Shown here: positions 13,812 through 28,428 of the stretch, one piece after another
How the letters are laid out: every line of letters begins with the position of its first letter
Numbering within the stretch: the first letter of the stretch is position 1
NCBI GenBank assembly: GCA_951406725.2
Contig: OX597815.1
Location: 48,856,001-48,920,000 of the forward strand
Direction of reading: 5' to 3'
Origin: Octopus vulgaris
Lineage: Eukaryota
DNA length: 64,000 bases
Position numbers and translations under genes: made by a program
The notes under the pieces: model-generated
Databases searched by the model: none
What the model was told of the DNA's origin: nothing
Seen by the model: only the letters and a program-made list of their open reading frames with translations

Positions 13812-14109
13812 TGTCGATTACGACGACAAGCTGATACGATCAACGGAACAGCTTACTCGTGAAATGAATGTGCAAGTGGCTGAGCACTCCACAGACACGT
13901 ATACCCTCAAAATGGTTCTCAGAGAGATTCAGCGTGACACAGACTGTGACAAGGCTGGACCTTTGAAATACAGGTACTACTAATTTTTGCCAGGTGAGTG
14001 GACTGGAGCAACGTGAAATAAAGTGTCTTGCTCAAGGACACAACGAATTGAACTGACGACCATACGATCGTGAACAGAATGCTCCTAACCACTAAGCCAC
14101 GCGCCTTCA
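13812..14109 (-). mobile_element. SINE B with B1 tail
   Basis: Head AAGGCGCGTGGCTTAGTGGTTAGG, body TTGCTCCAGTCCACTCA, tail GTGTCTGTGGAGTGCTCAGCCACTTGCAC...GTTCCGTTGATCG. Confidence 0.88.
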
Positions 14110-14110
14110 G

Positions 14111-14159
<49 letters not shown>

Positions 14160-14165
14160 TACACA

Positions 14166-14251
14166 CGATGGGTGTATGAAAAGTCTTGAGCCTCAAAAAA
14201 AAAAAACGTGGTACAAGACTTCAAAGGTCAAAACCTTTCATACACCCCTCG
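14166..14251. mobile_element. Minimal mariner-type MITE (86 bp)
   Basis: TIRs CGATGGGTGTATGAAAAGTCTTGAGCCT and reverse-complement CGAGGGGTGTATGAAAGGTTTTGACCT. TA on the right flank, CA on the left. Confidence 0.8.
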
Positions 14252-14300
14252 TATATATATCGCGTTGTTGTGTTTTCTCTTTGTGTTTTCATGTTTCGAT

Positions 14301-14342
<42 letters not shown>

Positions 14343-14408
14343 TACCTGTATCTCTGTCTGAAACATATATACATATATACACACGTGTGTATGAAAAAGA
14401 GAGAGAAT

Positions 14409-14444
<36 letters not shown>

Positions 14445-14604
14445 CAGAGAGAGAGAAAGAAGGAGAGAGTGAGAGACATGGTAGGCAGAAAGAGAGAAAA
14501 GGGTGGGAGATAGCGAGAGAAAACTATATGACTACAGCAGACTCCAGATTTCCCGATTTTTTATTTGAATATTTAGGTTCGATTTTCAATCACTGACTAA
14601 CGTT

Positions 14605-15492
14605 ATAATAATAATAATAACCCTTTCTACTATAGGCACAAGGCCTGAAATTTTGAGGTGGGGGAAATAGTCGATTATATCGACCCTAGTATTCAACTGA
14701 TACTTATTTTATTGACTCTAGGAGAATGAAGGGCAAAGATGACCTTGGCGAAGTTCGAACTCAGAACGTAAAACCGGACGTAATGCTGCTATGCATTTTG
14801 TCCAGCGTGCAAATGTTTTATTTTTTCTACTCTAGGCACAAGGCCCGAAATTATGAGGAAGGGGCAGTCGATTAGATCGATTCCAGTAAGCAACTGGTAC
14901 TTACGTTATCGACCCCGAAAGGAAGAAAGGTAAAGTCGACCTCGGCGGTATTTGAACTCAGAACGTAAAGACAGACGAAATATTGCTAAGCATTTCGCCC
15001 GACATGCTAACGTTTCTGCCAGCTTGCCTTCTTATAATATTATATACTGCTTTCTACAATAGCCATTAGGCTTAATATTTTTGGGGAGTAGTTTATCTGA
15101 ATATATCGACCCCAGTTCTTGGTTGGTACTTATTTTTATATCGACCCCCGAAACGATGAAAAGCAAAGATGACATCGGCGGAATTTGAACTCAAACGGAC
15201 AGAATACAACTATGCATTTTGTCCGACATGCTAATGATCCCTCCAGCTCATCGCCTAAGATATAATAATAGTAAGGGTTTCAAACTTTGGCACAAGACTA
15301 GCAATTTCGGAGTATGAGTAAGTCGATTACATCGACCCCAGTAATCAACTGGTACTTACTTTATGGACCCCAAAATGATGAAAGGCAAAATCGACTTCGG
15401 CAGAATTTGAACTCAGAACGTAAAGACGGACGAAATGCCGCTAAGCATTTTGTTCGACGTGCTAACGAACTAGCCAACTCACTACCTGAGAT

Positions 15493-15572
<80 letters not shown>

Positions 15573-15610
15573 TTATTCTTTTATTTGCCACAAGAGCTCA
15601 CATACATCAT
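14605..15610 (-). mobile_element. Head-to-tail cluster of about four SINE C2 copies with (AAT)n arrays
   Basis: Repeated TAGGCACAAGGCC...TCGACCCCAG...GACCTCGGCGGAATTTGAACTCAGAACG...TGCTAA units. Confidence 0.85.
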
Positions 15611-16618
15611 GAACAACAACAACAACAACAATAACAACAATAACAATAATAATAATAGTAACGAAGATGCTCAACTTCTGGCAAACTGGCTGCCAGCAGG
15701 TTTCTCAAAGACATACGTGGTGTACAAACGACGAGTGTACAACATATATTTCCGCTTTTTCACGAACAACGTGTCTGAAACGAAGCTCTGTCAGTCTAAA
15801 TGCAACTTCGTTTACCTTTTAATTGTTTCAAGCTTAGGATTGTGGTCCAAGCCACGACACTCCCTCGAGGGACTTAGTCCAACAAATTGATCCTTGTGCT
15901 TATATCTTAAGTCTGGTGCTTAATCTATCGGTGTCCATTTTGCTGAACCACTAAGTTACAGTATTAAATTGTGTTGTGTGTGTGTTTTATAATTATTTAT
16001 TCACTTTCGGTTTGGTTTTGTGGAAGATATTGTACATATGTTTCTTGCAGGCCCTCCAAGGTCTGAGAGATTCGCGTAGTCAAAATATTTCTTGAAATAA
16101 AACATGGTAAATATTGTCGGAAAAATTATAGACGTAAAGGGGATTCCAGAACACAGGATATTCTGTGAAGCAAGAATATTTGTTGACAAAAGTTATATAC
16201 ACATACATGTGGACATATATATCTATGTCTATATCTGTCTGCCTGCCTGCCTACCCGTATGTATGTATGTATGTATGTATGTATGTATGTATGTATGTAT
16301 GTATGTATGTATGTATGTATGTATGTATGTATGTATGTATGCATGTATGTATGTATGTATGAGTGCTTGTGGCACATATATGTGTGTATGTCTTTGTGTC
16401 TGTTTTTCTCTTCATCCACCCACCCGCCATTACTTGAAAACCGGTGTAGGTTTGTTCACATCAACGTAAATTAACGGTTCGGCTTAAGAGACCAACGGAA
16501 TAAGTGCCGAACTCGAAAAAATATAATTATTCCTGTGAATGATCTCTTCGAATTAAACCATTTCAAGGTTGTACCCCCAGCATGACCGCAGCCCAATGAA
16601 TGAAATAAAGAAGAGATA

Positions 16619-16659
<41 letters not shown>

Positions 16660-16818
16660 CAAAGGGAAGAGGGAGAGAGAAATGGGAGAGAGAGAGAGGG
16701 AGAAGAAGGAGATAGTGCCAGGCGAAATATCTTTGAGGGGTCGAGGAAAGCGGAGCGAGAAAGGAGAGCTTGAAAGGAGAGCTTGAATAAGTATTTCATG
16801 AAACCATTCATCATTTAG

Positions 16819-16992
16819 AAGCAGAGGCCTCTGTAGTAGCGGTGCACCAGGAAGAATGTGGACCACATGTTATTGTGGCCGATGACTTCATGACGATCAC
16901 CAGGGTGATCAAAGATATTTCTTTGCGCTGTATCAGCAGCAATGACCCAGTTGTGGGACCAGTACGAAATTGCGGGTTTCACTTCATCTTAA
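16819..16992 (+). CDS. Candidate internal coding exon (phase 1-1, 174 nt), product unknown
   Basis: TTCATCATTTAG| acceptor and AA|GTAAGC donor, with open frame AEASVVAVHQEECGPHVIVADDFMTITRVIKDISLRCISSNDPVVGPVRNCGFHFIL in unique, GC-balanced sequence. No partner exon confirmed. Confidence 0.3.
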
Positions 16993-17351
16993 GTAAGCGT
17001 AATCTAGATACGCGTAACTACAAGATAACGTACTTTTCATTAATGCCTCTGAAAAAGGGAGGGACTGCAAGAGTTATATTATTAAGGTAATGTCGTTAGT
17101 ATATATCATTTCTGATTCTGATAATATTTTATATCACGTTATATCATATTATATATAACATAATTTAATGTGACGCAATTTATATACTAGGGGTACAATT
17201 GTATATATAAAAAGATAAACACACACACACACACACATACATATATACGTAAATACATATGTAGATGCGTGTGCACATGCACACACAGACATACATAGTG
17301 TAAATTACATATTCATATATGTAATTACATTATGTGTGTGTATGTGCATAC

Positions 17352-17434
<83 letters not shown>

Positions 17435-18100
17435 TTACATATTACATATGTGTAAACAGTAACATTAAACAACCAGGACATAAAATCTACTAGAAACTGA
17501 AATTTCACACTTATAAACACATACACACACACATGTACACACAGAGGATATATATGAGTGCGTGCGTGTCTGTGCGCGCGCGTGTGTGGGTGTATATAAA
17601 GCAAAGCAGTATATTTTTGATTCATCAAGCTGTCTATTTAATTACCAAGTGCGCAGTGTTTCAACATGTAGTTGGTGCTATTATTTAACTCCTCGGGGAA
17701 TTAAGCAAGGAGGAATAACGCTACCATACATCCAAATATACTACTGAAAAAAGAAAAAACCAAAATGGAAAATACGCGATGATTGCGACAAGTTATCTGA
17801 CGGGACGACCAAATATTTCGGTAATAATTCATCGCGTCAGCTGCTGCTGAACTGAAGATGTATACTTAATTAGCTACACGATAATACATACTGTGAATAA
17901 AAAATACTGACTCTTAAGGAAAGGTAAGGAAAATAACATAAGGGTAATGAGCTGCAGGAATATTATGAATTGGGGCGTTTGCCAGGGGTTGTATAGAAGA
18001 TGGGGGAACCTGACCCTAGACAGAATATGTTTGACTTAATCGCAGATAGTGTACAGCAGGAGTATCAGGCATTTGTCTATCTATCTGTCTATCTACCTAC

Positions 18101-18172
<72 letters not shown>

Positions 18173-18408
18173 GTGTCTGACTGTCTGTCTATACACAAAC
18201 ACATATATTTATGTTCATGTGTGTGCACAGCAATATAGGGCACTCCACCTTGAAGGCTTTAGTTAATGACAGTGCTTACATAACAGACAGGTACTTAATA
18301 TTCCTTTCCCTTCTAGTCGAATTGCTATTAATACACACACACACACCTATATACATATATACGTATATATATATACGTATATATATGCATATATACGTAT
18401 ATATATAC

Positions 18409-18503
<95 letters not shown>

Positions 18504-18944
18504 CATACATACATACATACATACATACAGACAGACAGACAGACAGACACACACACACACACACAAACACACACATATACACGCACACACACTCACTCAC
18601 ACGCACACACACACACACACACTATTTTATTGAAGCTGAAAAAAATATTCACATACACACATGCATACTTGGTGCGCAGAGGAAGTGAATCCAAACCTTC
18701 TTGACCAAACAGATATGCCTACATACACGCACACATATATACGGAGAGAGAGAGTGGGAGAGGGAGAGGGAGAAATGTGTAGATAAGTGGATATGCGTAT
18801 GCAGATATATGAATGTAGATGTAGATAGAGAGATAGAGAAATACACACAACACACAACACACACACACACACACGTATATTATATATATATATATAAAAT
18901 ATACGTGTGTGTATGTGTATGTGTACTTCTCTTTTTCTCTATCA

Positions 18945-19004
<60 letters not shown>

Positions 19005-19025
19005 GTCTGTCTGTCTCTCTGTATG

Positions 19026-19058
<33 letters not shown>

Positions 19059-19091
19059 ATATATATATGTATATGTATACGTATATATTAT

Positions 19092-19151
<60 letters not shown>

Positions 19152-19201
19152 ATAGATAGATAAACAGACAGACAGATAGACAGACAGACAGGCAGACAGA
19201 C

Positions 19202-19240
<39 letters not shown>

Positions 19241-19245
19241 CAGAC

Positions 19246-19316
<71 letters not shown>

Positions 19317-19574
19317 CAGAGAAATATATAGATTGATATATAGGGAGCGTTTACGAAAAAAACAAAAGACGAAGACAGGTGGTGTATAAAACAAACATAT
19401 TGATATATATATACAAATATACATATGCATATAAATATGCATACATGTTTTAACCTATCTATATATATATGTATACATATGGAAGTATTTATATGCATAT
19501 ATACATATGTATACATGTATGTATGTATACGTGTATATATGTATATATATATATATATATTCACGCACACACAC

Positions 19575-19646
<72 letters not shown>

Positions 19647-19849
19647 TATGGAGATGTACTTGCATAGCAAGTGACCTGCTATATATATATGTATATATAT
19701 ATATATTTATACACGTGTATATATATTCATATACATGTACTCACACACACATATAAATACATGTACTTCTATATCTATATAAATATGAATATATAGATAT
19801 ATATATATATACAGATATACAGATATATCTATGTCGCTCTTTCTCTCTC

Positions 19850-19941
<92 letters not shown>

Positions 19942-20154
19942 CATTACTCGAATGATGCTGGGGAGGGACACACACATACGGCAGGCTTCTTTCAGTTTCC
20001 ATCTGCCAAATCCACTCTTAAGGCCTTAGACGGTCCGAGGCTATAGTAGAAGACTCATGCCCAAGGTGTCACGCAGTGGGATTGAACCCGGAACCATGTG
20101 GTTGGTAAGCAAACCACTTACCACACAACTACTCCTGTACCTATGTGTGTGTGA

Positions 20155-20285
<131 letters not shown>

Positions 20286-20300
20286 ATATATATACGTGTG

Positions 20301-20530
20301 AAGGCTGCGAGCTGGCAGAAACGTTAGTACGCCGGGCGAAATGCGTAGCCGTATTTCGTCTGCTGTTACGTTCTGGGTTCAAATTCCGCCGAGGTCAACT
20401 TTGCCTTTCATCATTTCGGGGTCGATAAATTAAGTACCAGTTCACTGGGGTCGATGTAATCGACTTAATCCGTTTGTCTGTCCTTGTTTGTCCACTCTGT
20501 GTTTAGCTCCTTGTGGGCAGTAAAGAAATA
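20301..20530 (+). mobile_element. SINE C1, full length
   Basis: AAGGCTGCGAGCTGGCAGAAACGTTAG...GGTTCAAATTCCGCCGAGGTC...GTGGGCAGTAAAGAAATA. Confidence 0.9.
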
Positions 20531-20784
20531 TATATATATACGTGTGTATGTGTGTGTACACAAACACATACATATGTGTATATATCTATATAAATATGTA
20601 TCTATGTGGATATACACACGTATATGTGTGTGTGTGTGTGTGTATCATGTATATATGTACATATATGCACATATATATATGTGTGTGTATAGATATGTAT
20701 ATGTATATATACATACACACACACATATTGATAGATGTACAAACATATATTTGCACACACATAAAAATGGATCAAAGGTCATTT

Positions 20785-21010
20785 TCCATCCATAAGCTAG
20801 TAAGGCCGGACTCACTGATTCTGGATTTTCCTGCCACCCACTGGTCGGTACGCTAATCCATCGCAGCAGAGCTTAGTTTTTGGACTGGAGCAACGTGAAA
20901 TGAAGTGCTTTGCTCAAGAACACACCGTAACGCCTTGTCGACGAATCGTAAACAAAATCTTGCGATCACTAAGCGCAACAAAACCCTAACCCTTACGCCA
21001 CGTGTCTCCG
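20785..21010 (-). mobile_element. Degenerate SINE B2
   Basis: TGGACTGGAGCAACGTGAAATGAAGTG body and CCTAACC...GCCACGTG head on the plus strand. Confidence 0.7.
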
Positions 21011-21064
21011 TTCGCACCTGCCTCCATGCGCTTGCACAGATACCCCCCCCCCACACACACACAC

Positions 21065-21408
21065 AGAAGACGAGTCTCTTTTGGCTTCCGTTTACCAAAT
21101 CCATTCACAAGTCTTTGGTTGGTCTGGGGTTATACTTTAAGACACTTGCCCAATGTGCTATGAAGTAGGACTGAAACTGGGACCATGCTATTACGAAGTG
21201 TACCTATGAAGCACACAGGCACCTTTCATATATATACATATATATATATATATATTCTTTTATCCTGTTTGTTCCAGTCATGCTGGAGCAACGCCTTAAG
21301 TGGGGTTTTTAGTTGAAGAAATCGACCCCACGATATATTCTTTGTAGGTCTAGTACTTATTCTGTCGTTTGTTTCTTTGCCGAACCGTAACCGAGCGAGG
21401 ACTTAAAC

Positions 21409-21443
<35 letters not shown>

Positions 21444-21972
21444 CACATATACAACAGGCTTCTTTCAGTTTCCGTCTATCAAATCCACTTGCTCAGGGTA
21501 CTACACAGTGAGTCTGAACTCGGAACCATGTGGTTGGGAAGCAAGCTTCTAACCACACAGCCATGCCTGCGCCTTATATATATATATATATTTATATATC
21601 TTTTACTTTTATCAGTCATTTGACTGCGGCCATGCTGGAGCACCGCCTTTTAGTCGAGCAAATCGACCCCGGGACTTATTCTTTGTAAGCCCAGTACTTA
21701 TTCTATCGGTCTCTTTTTGCCGAACCGCTAAGTGACGGGGACGTAAACACACCAGCATCGGTTGTCAAGCAATGCTAGGGGGACAAACACAGACACACAA
21801 ACACACACATACATATATATATACATATATACGACAGGCTTCTTTCAGTTTCCGTCTACCAAATCCACTCACAAGCCATTGGTCGACACTTGCCCAAAAT
21901 GCCACGTAGTGGGACTGAACCCGGAACCATGTGGTTGGTTAGCAAGCTACTTACCACACAGCTACTCCTGCG

Positions 21973-21975
<3 letters not shown>
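21065..21975 (-). mobile_element. Three tandem SINE A copies; best preserved at 21601-21975
   Basis: Repeated reverse-complement heads (CCACACAGC...CCTGCGCCT) and tails. Confidence 0.85.
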
Positions 21976-22016
<41 letters not shown>

Positions 22017-22017
22017 T

Positions 22018-22083
<66 letters not shown>

Positions 22084-22525
22084 TATTTAGTATTTGTATA
22101 TATTTAAGTGAGTTGTGTGTATTTCTATAATAATGAGTGCATGTATGTATACGCAGTTTGGCTAGCGGCTACAGAGACTGAAACGACCGAAACAGTTATC
22201 CATTCAGCAAGGCTTCCTACGCCACCATCACCACCGTCATCACAAGACATCAACCACCCCCACGAAGAGCAGCACCACCAACATCATCCCCGTTATTCCG
22301 AAACATACCATTACTAGCTTCACCACCAGACTTACTCTGCCTCTCTTAAGTTTTCCTGCCAGCTAATTTTGGTATCTTTGTTTATGCGCGATGGCGACGG
22401 CGGCGGCGGCGGAGGCGGTAGCGTTGACGTATGTTCAATTTAAATGTTTCCACAGTTAAAATGACTCAGTAATTGCCTGAGTAAAATTTTTTGACAATCT
22501 GAGTACGGAAGATAACGAGTTCGAA

Positions 22526-22579
<54 letters not shown>

Positions 22580-22618
22580 GTATGTATGTATGTGTGTGTG
22601 TGTCTGAGTGTGTGTTTG

Positions 22619-22661
<43 letters not shown>

Positions 22662-22779
22662 TATAAGTATATATATATAACATCATAAACACATATATAA
22701 AATATATACATATATATACACACACATATATAACCTTTATATATTTTGCATATATGTGTATATATATATATTTATATAA

Positions 22780-22821
<42 letters not shown>

Positions 22822-22880
22822 ATATATGTATATATACATATATGTATTTTATACACATACCACAACACATACATGTAAGT

Positions 22881-22927
<47 letters not shown>

Positions 22928-23410
22928 TATGGATATATACATACATGTATATGTATATATATATGTATGTATGTATGAATAAATATACACACATCTACAT
23001 ATGTGTGTGTGTATGTCTGATAAATATATATAAATATAATACATTACATAATTATATATATATATGCACAGGAGTAAGTTTATATGCATGTATATATAGA
23101 TATAGATATATTTGTGTGTGTGTGTGTGTGTGTGTGTACTGATATAAACTGAGATTTACACACGGAAACATTTTATATAAACATATATATTTTGTAGAAG
23201 AGTTTTCCTTCCTGGTTCGAAATTGAAGCTTTACCTTTAACCTAATCAGAGTTCCTTTCTGGTTGCAGTATGTGTGTGTCTGAGTGTGTGTGTGTGCGCA
23301 CGCGTTTGCAGGCAGGGGATTTTAGAATCGGGTGTGTCGATTTAGAGATAACATAGCAATAGAACAACCTAATGACTGTTGGCAGTACACAAACACACAC
23401 ACACACATAT

Positions 23411-23465
<55 letters not shown>

Positions 23466-23518
23466 TATATACAGATATCAGTGTGTGTGTATAAATATAT
23501 ATATATATATGTATATAT

Positions 23519-23936
23519 AGGCGCAGGAGTGGCTGTGTGGTAAGTAGCTTGCTAACCAACCACATGGTTCCGGGTTCAGTCCCACTGCGTAGCATCTTGA
23601 GCAAGTGTCTTCTGCTATAGCCCCGGGCCGATCAATGCCTTGTGAGTGGATTTGGTTGACGGAAACTGAAAGAAGCCTGTCGTATATATGTGTATATATA
23701 TGTATGTGTATGTGTGTGTTTGTGTGTCTGTGTTTGTCCCCCTAGCATTGCTTGACAAACGATGCTGGTGTGTTTACGTCCCCGTCACTTAGCGGTTCGG
23801 CAAAAGAGACCGATAGAATAAGAACTGGGCTTACAAAGAATAAGTCCCGAGGTCGATTTGCCCGACTAAAGGCGGTGCTCCAGCATGGCCGCAGTCAAAT
23901 GACTGAAACAAGTAAAAGAGTAAAGAGAGTAAAGAG
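23519..23936 (+). mobile_element. SINE A, full length
   Basis: AGGCGCAGGAGTGGCTGTGTGG start, complete tail and (TAAAGAG)-type 3' repeat. Confidence 0.93.
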
Positions 23937-23945
23937 ATATATATC

Positions 23946-24502
<557 letters not shown>

Positions 24503-24720
24503 ATATATGTGTGTGTGTGTGTGGATATGTATGTCAGAATATGGATGCAAGCTCACATACACACAGATATAGATATGAATACATTTCTTTTCGTAATACG
24601 TAGCCCAAGACTGAGAATTCCGTATGTTAACACATAACAAAGAAAGACATACAAAGTTTGATAAGTGCTCGCGCACGAAACTCTCGATCCTGGAGTTACT
24701 CTGTTGCTTCTAGAAAGTAT

Positions 24721-24760
<40 letters not shown>

Positions 24761-25071
24761 TCTTTTACTCTTCTACTTGTTTCAGTTATTTGACTGTGGC
24801 CATGCTGGTGCACCACCTTTTTAGTCGAGCAAATTGACCCCAGGACTTATTCTTTCTAAGACTAGTACTTATTCTATCGGTCTCTTTTTGCCGAACCGCT
24901 AAGTTACGGGGACGTAACACACCAGCATCGGTTGTCAAGCTATGTTGGGGGGACGAACACAGACACACAAACGTATACACACACACACATATACATATAC
25001 ACAGGCATCTATGCGTATAAACACGTACACATGGACGCATGCACGGAAGATACCAGTCACACTTACACACA

Positions 25072-25122
<51 letters not shown>

Positions 25123-25399
25123 TCATGTTTTGAGTTCTATTCTTCCTATTTGCATCGCCAAATTTATTTACGGATAGTCCGAACCCAGATATGAGCACTC
25201 CTCATCATATGTTGTGTACATCGTAATTAGTCCAAGTGTATTATTTTCATCACAGATTTCAATTGCGAAATATGCTAAACGATTTGGGACGAATTGATTA
25301 AGTCTTTACAATGATGGAATGAACTCCAAGAATGAGCTGGTGTTAGCAGATACAAGCGAAAAATATATGATCTCCACTCGGAGCGATACTTGATATAGA

Positions 25400-25568
25400 T
25401 AGAATTAAATACATAAATGCAAAGCGGGATGGAAAAAATAGTACTCGACTACAGATGGTAGAGTAATATGCTTTTATTAAAGCTGATAAAACCTTTACAA
25501 ACTTGTTATTCAGAGTTTGATGTTGCCGTTCGTCGGTCTAACGGTAACGTGAAATTCTGAGTAACTGA
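25400..25568 (-). mobile_element. Penelope-like terminal repeat fragment with degenerate hammerhead and short inverted partial copy
   Basis: 26-bp inverted repeat at 25505-25530 and 25540-25565, with hammerhead-like cores on both arms and AATAAA downstream on the minus strand. Homologous to 33231-33330. Confidence 0.6.
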
Positions 25569-25599
25569 GATTTACGTTTTCGTTTCCGGCTTAAATAAA

Positions 25600-25630
<31 letters not shown>

Positions 25631-25653
25631 CATATATATATATATATATATAT

Positions 25654-25716
<63 letters not shown>

Positions 25717-26721
25717 CACGACAAGCTTCTTTCAGTTTCCGTGTATCAAATCCACTCACCAGGCTTTGGTCGGCCCGAAGAAGACACTTGCCCAAGATGT
25801 CACGCAGTGGGAATGAACCCGGAACCATGTTGTTGGTAAGCAAGCTACTTACCACAGCCACTCCTGCGTCTGTGTGTGTGCATACATAAATATATGAATA
25901 CACCCTCATATATACATATATATATACGTGCATGTAAATTTGTGTGCGTGTAGGGTTGTATTTTCTTTGCTTTTAATGCTTTAAGTTCTTCTAATGAAGA
26001 CTTCGAATCTCTGAACACTTCTCCTTCAAAAGCTCCAATTGCATAACCGTATCGATAAATCCTTTCTACTATAGGTGATCCAATCGATTTACATCAACCC
26101 CAGTGCCCATTTTATCAGCCTTGCAAGGATGGCACTTATCGAACTTAAGAAAACCAACCTGCTTTTACTGTTCGGTTTACAGTGATATACACTTATATCA
26201 CGGTAGTACGGACTAAAAGCGGAGGTGGGGGACACATCAGTCCAATGAAGTCGATTTTCCGTAGGTACCGACACTAAGGTTAGCTTACGTTGGCGGTGGT
26301 TAATATCAAAAATTACATTACGAAAGACAGAGGAATAAATACAGTAGTGTAATTTCGATCAATCTGACAGTGTAAAATACCTGTACATTGTAAATATACA
26401 CTATAATACAGTAAATCCAACATTTTAAATTTAAAATCAGACTTACCATGGATAGTGAAGATGTGTTGTTGGTATGTCGTGTTTTAGTCCGCTGCTTCCG
26501 AAATCCGTTAAAGGGAGAACCGTAGTACCGATGTATGAGTGTTCTTCTGAACTGTATTAGCTCGGCACATTCTATGCATGAAAATCTTGGCCTTTCCATA
26601 GATATTCAAGCATTTAGAAACACATCAGAATATACCAATAGTATATTTAATGGTGTATCTTTTTATCTTTAACTTGTTTCAATATGTGGCCATACTGGGG
26701 CACCACCTGGGAGAGCTTTCT

Positions 26722-26961
26722 TATTTCTTATTTCTTTATTGCCCACAAGGGGCTAAACACAGAGGGGACAAACAAGAACAGACAAAGGGATTAAGTTGGT
26801 TACATCGACACCAGTGCGTAACTGGTACTTAATTTATCGACCCCGAAAGAATTAAAGGCAAAGTCGACCTCGGCGGAATTTGAACTCAGAACGTAAAGAC
26901 AGACGAAATACTGCTAAGCATTTCGACCGGCGTGCTAACGTTTCTGCCAGCTCGCCGCCTT
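26722..26961 (-). mobile_element. SINE C1 nested in a SINE A tail, 16-bp TSD
   Basis: CCTGGGAGAGCTTTCT (26706-26721) and CCTGGAAGAGCTTTCT (26962-26977). The A tail resumes after the insert. Confidence 0.9.
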
Positions 26962-27049
26962 CCTGGAAGAGCTTTCTGTCGAACGAATCGATAACCACTA
27001 CTTATTTTTATTATAAGCCTCTTACGTATTCTATCGGTCTCTTTTGCCG

Positions 27050-27096
<47 letters not shown>

Positions 27097-27141
27097 GTAC
27101 ACTCGCACATACGTACGCTCGCACACACAAACATACATATA

Positions 27142-27333
27142 CGTGGCGTGCTGAAAAGTTCCTGGCTTTCGGTAAAGGAAGGAGGATTAGTCAATTATGA
27201 TTTTATTCAACTTATTCCCCTCTCAGATTCGCACAGATTCTCTAAGCCCTATAAAATAACTCGTAATGTTGGGTCTCCAATCGGGCCTTTCACGACACCC
27301 GTGTAAAGGCAGGAACTTTTAAGCACCCCCTCG
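27142..27333. mobile_element. Mariner-type MITE
   Basis: TA|CGTGGCGTGCTGAAAAGTTCCTGGCTTT versus reverse-complement CGAGGGGGTGCTTAAAAGTTCCTGCCTTT. No ORF. Confidence 0.8.
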
Positions 27334-27727
27334 TGTTTATATATATATATATATATGTATAAAGGCGGGTGTCTTTCAGTTTACGTCTACCAACTCACAA
27401 GGCTTCAGTTGGCCCAAGACTATTGTAAAAGACACTTGCTCAAGGTGCCAAGTTGTGGAACTGAACCCGGAACCATGTATACGTAGATTTATTAGAAAAG
27501 GAGCAAAGCTGCAGGTCCTTAAGCAGTTGTTTAATGCATTGTCTTTCTCTCGCTGGTTTTAGAAGAAATGTCCCCATCTGGAAGGCAGCTGACTCCAATA
27601 ACAGCACAAAATTTTGAAATCTTTTTTATCCGAAACATCTATATCACAAAAGACAAACACATACACACGCACGCACGCACTACACACATACTTATATCTA
27701 TAAATCTCTAGCTCTATATCTATCCAC

Positions 27728-27876
27728 TAGTGTAGCTAAGGGGGAGGGTATGTAGTAGGGGTGGTCCGCCCCAGGTGGCACTTTTGGGTCTATCGTAGGT
27801 AATATGTGATTTTTGTGGGGTCCGGGGGCAGCAAATAGAAGGTCTGTCGCGGGCGGCACACACTTTAGCTACGCTG
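27728..27876. mobile_element. hAT-like MITE
   Basis: Ends TAGTGTAGCTAA and reverse-complement CAGCGTAGCTAA, with GC-rich CCGCCCC/GGGCGGCA subterminal motifs. TSD unclear. Confidence 0.45.
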
Positions 27877-28428
27877 TATCAATCTATTGTGTATTATTAC
27901 ACACGCATTCATCCATACATATATACGTATGTAGGACTACGATACAGTGCCTAGCTTTATTTGTTACCACACGCAGCCGCTGAGTTCAAAATCCGTCGAT
28001 GTAAGTTTTATCTCTTTCATTTTCCCTGGTTCGTGAGATCAACGCAAAGCATGAAGCGTCGAACCAGATCAGTCCAGGGTTATGTGTTTCATCTAATTCA
28101 GCTGCAGACGACCGCGACATTATGTTACCACGCAGAATGGCGTTTGGAGAGCATAAATTTGCGTGCATGTGTAACTCGTCACCTGCCTCAAGATCTGACA
28201 GACGTCCTGGAGTGGAAGCTTAGAGAAACTGTGAGCAGAGACACATGGTCAGCATTGAATGGAAACAGCCTACTACCATGTGTGTGTGTGTGTGGAGGGG
28301 TGCGTGTGTGCGCACGTGATGGTGTGTCCTTAAGTACACGCATGCAAACACACACACGCATGCACGCGTGCGCATAAAGTGAGTAGGTACATTTGGATTT
28401 GCATATACAGATATATACATATACATAT

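Noticed and set aside
16815-16988. Minus-strand open frame DEVKPAISY...YYRGLCF
   Set aside because: It has a poor acceptor and is probably the antisense shadow of the plus-strand candidate, which has both splice sites.
23519-23595. SINE heads as functional tRNA genes
   Set aside because: They lack a complete cloverleaf and acceptor stem, and continue into SINE bodies.
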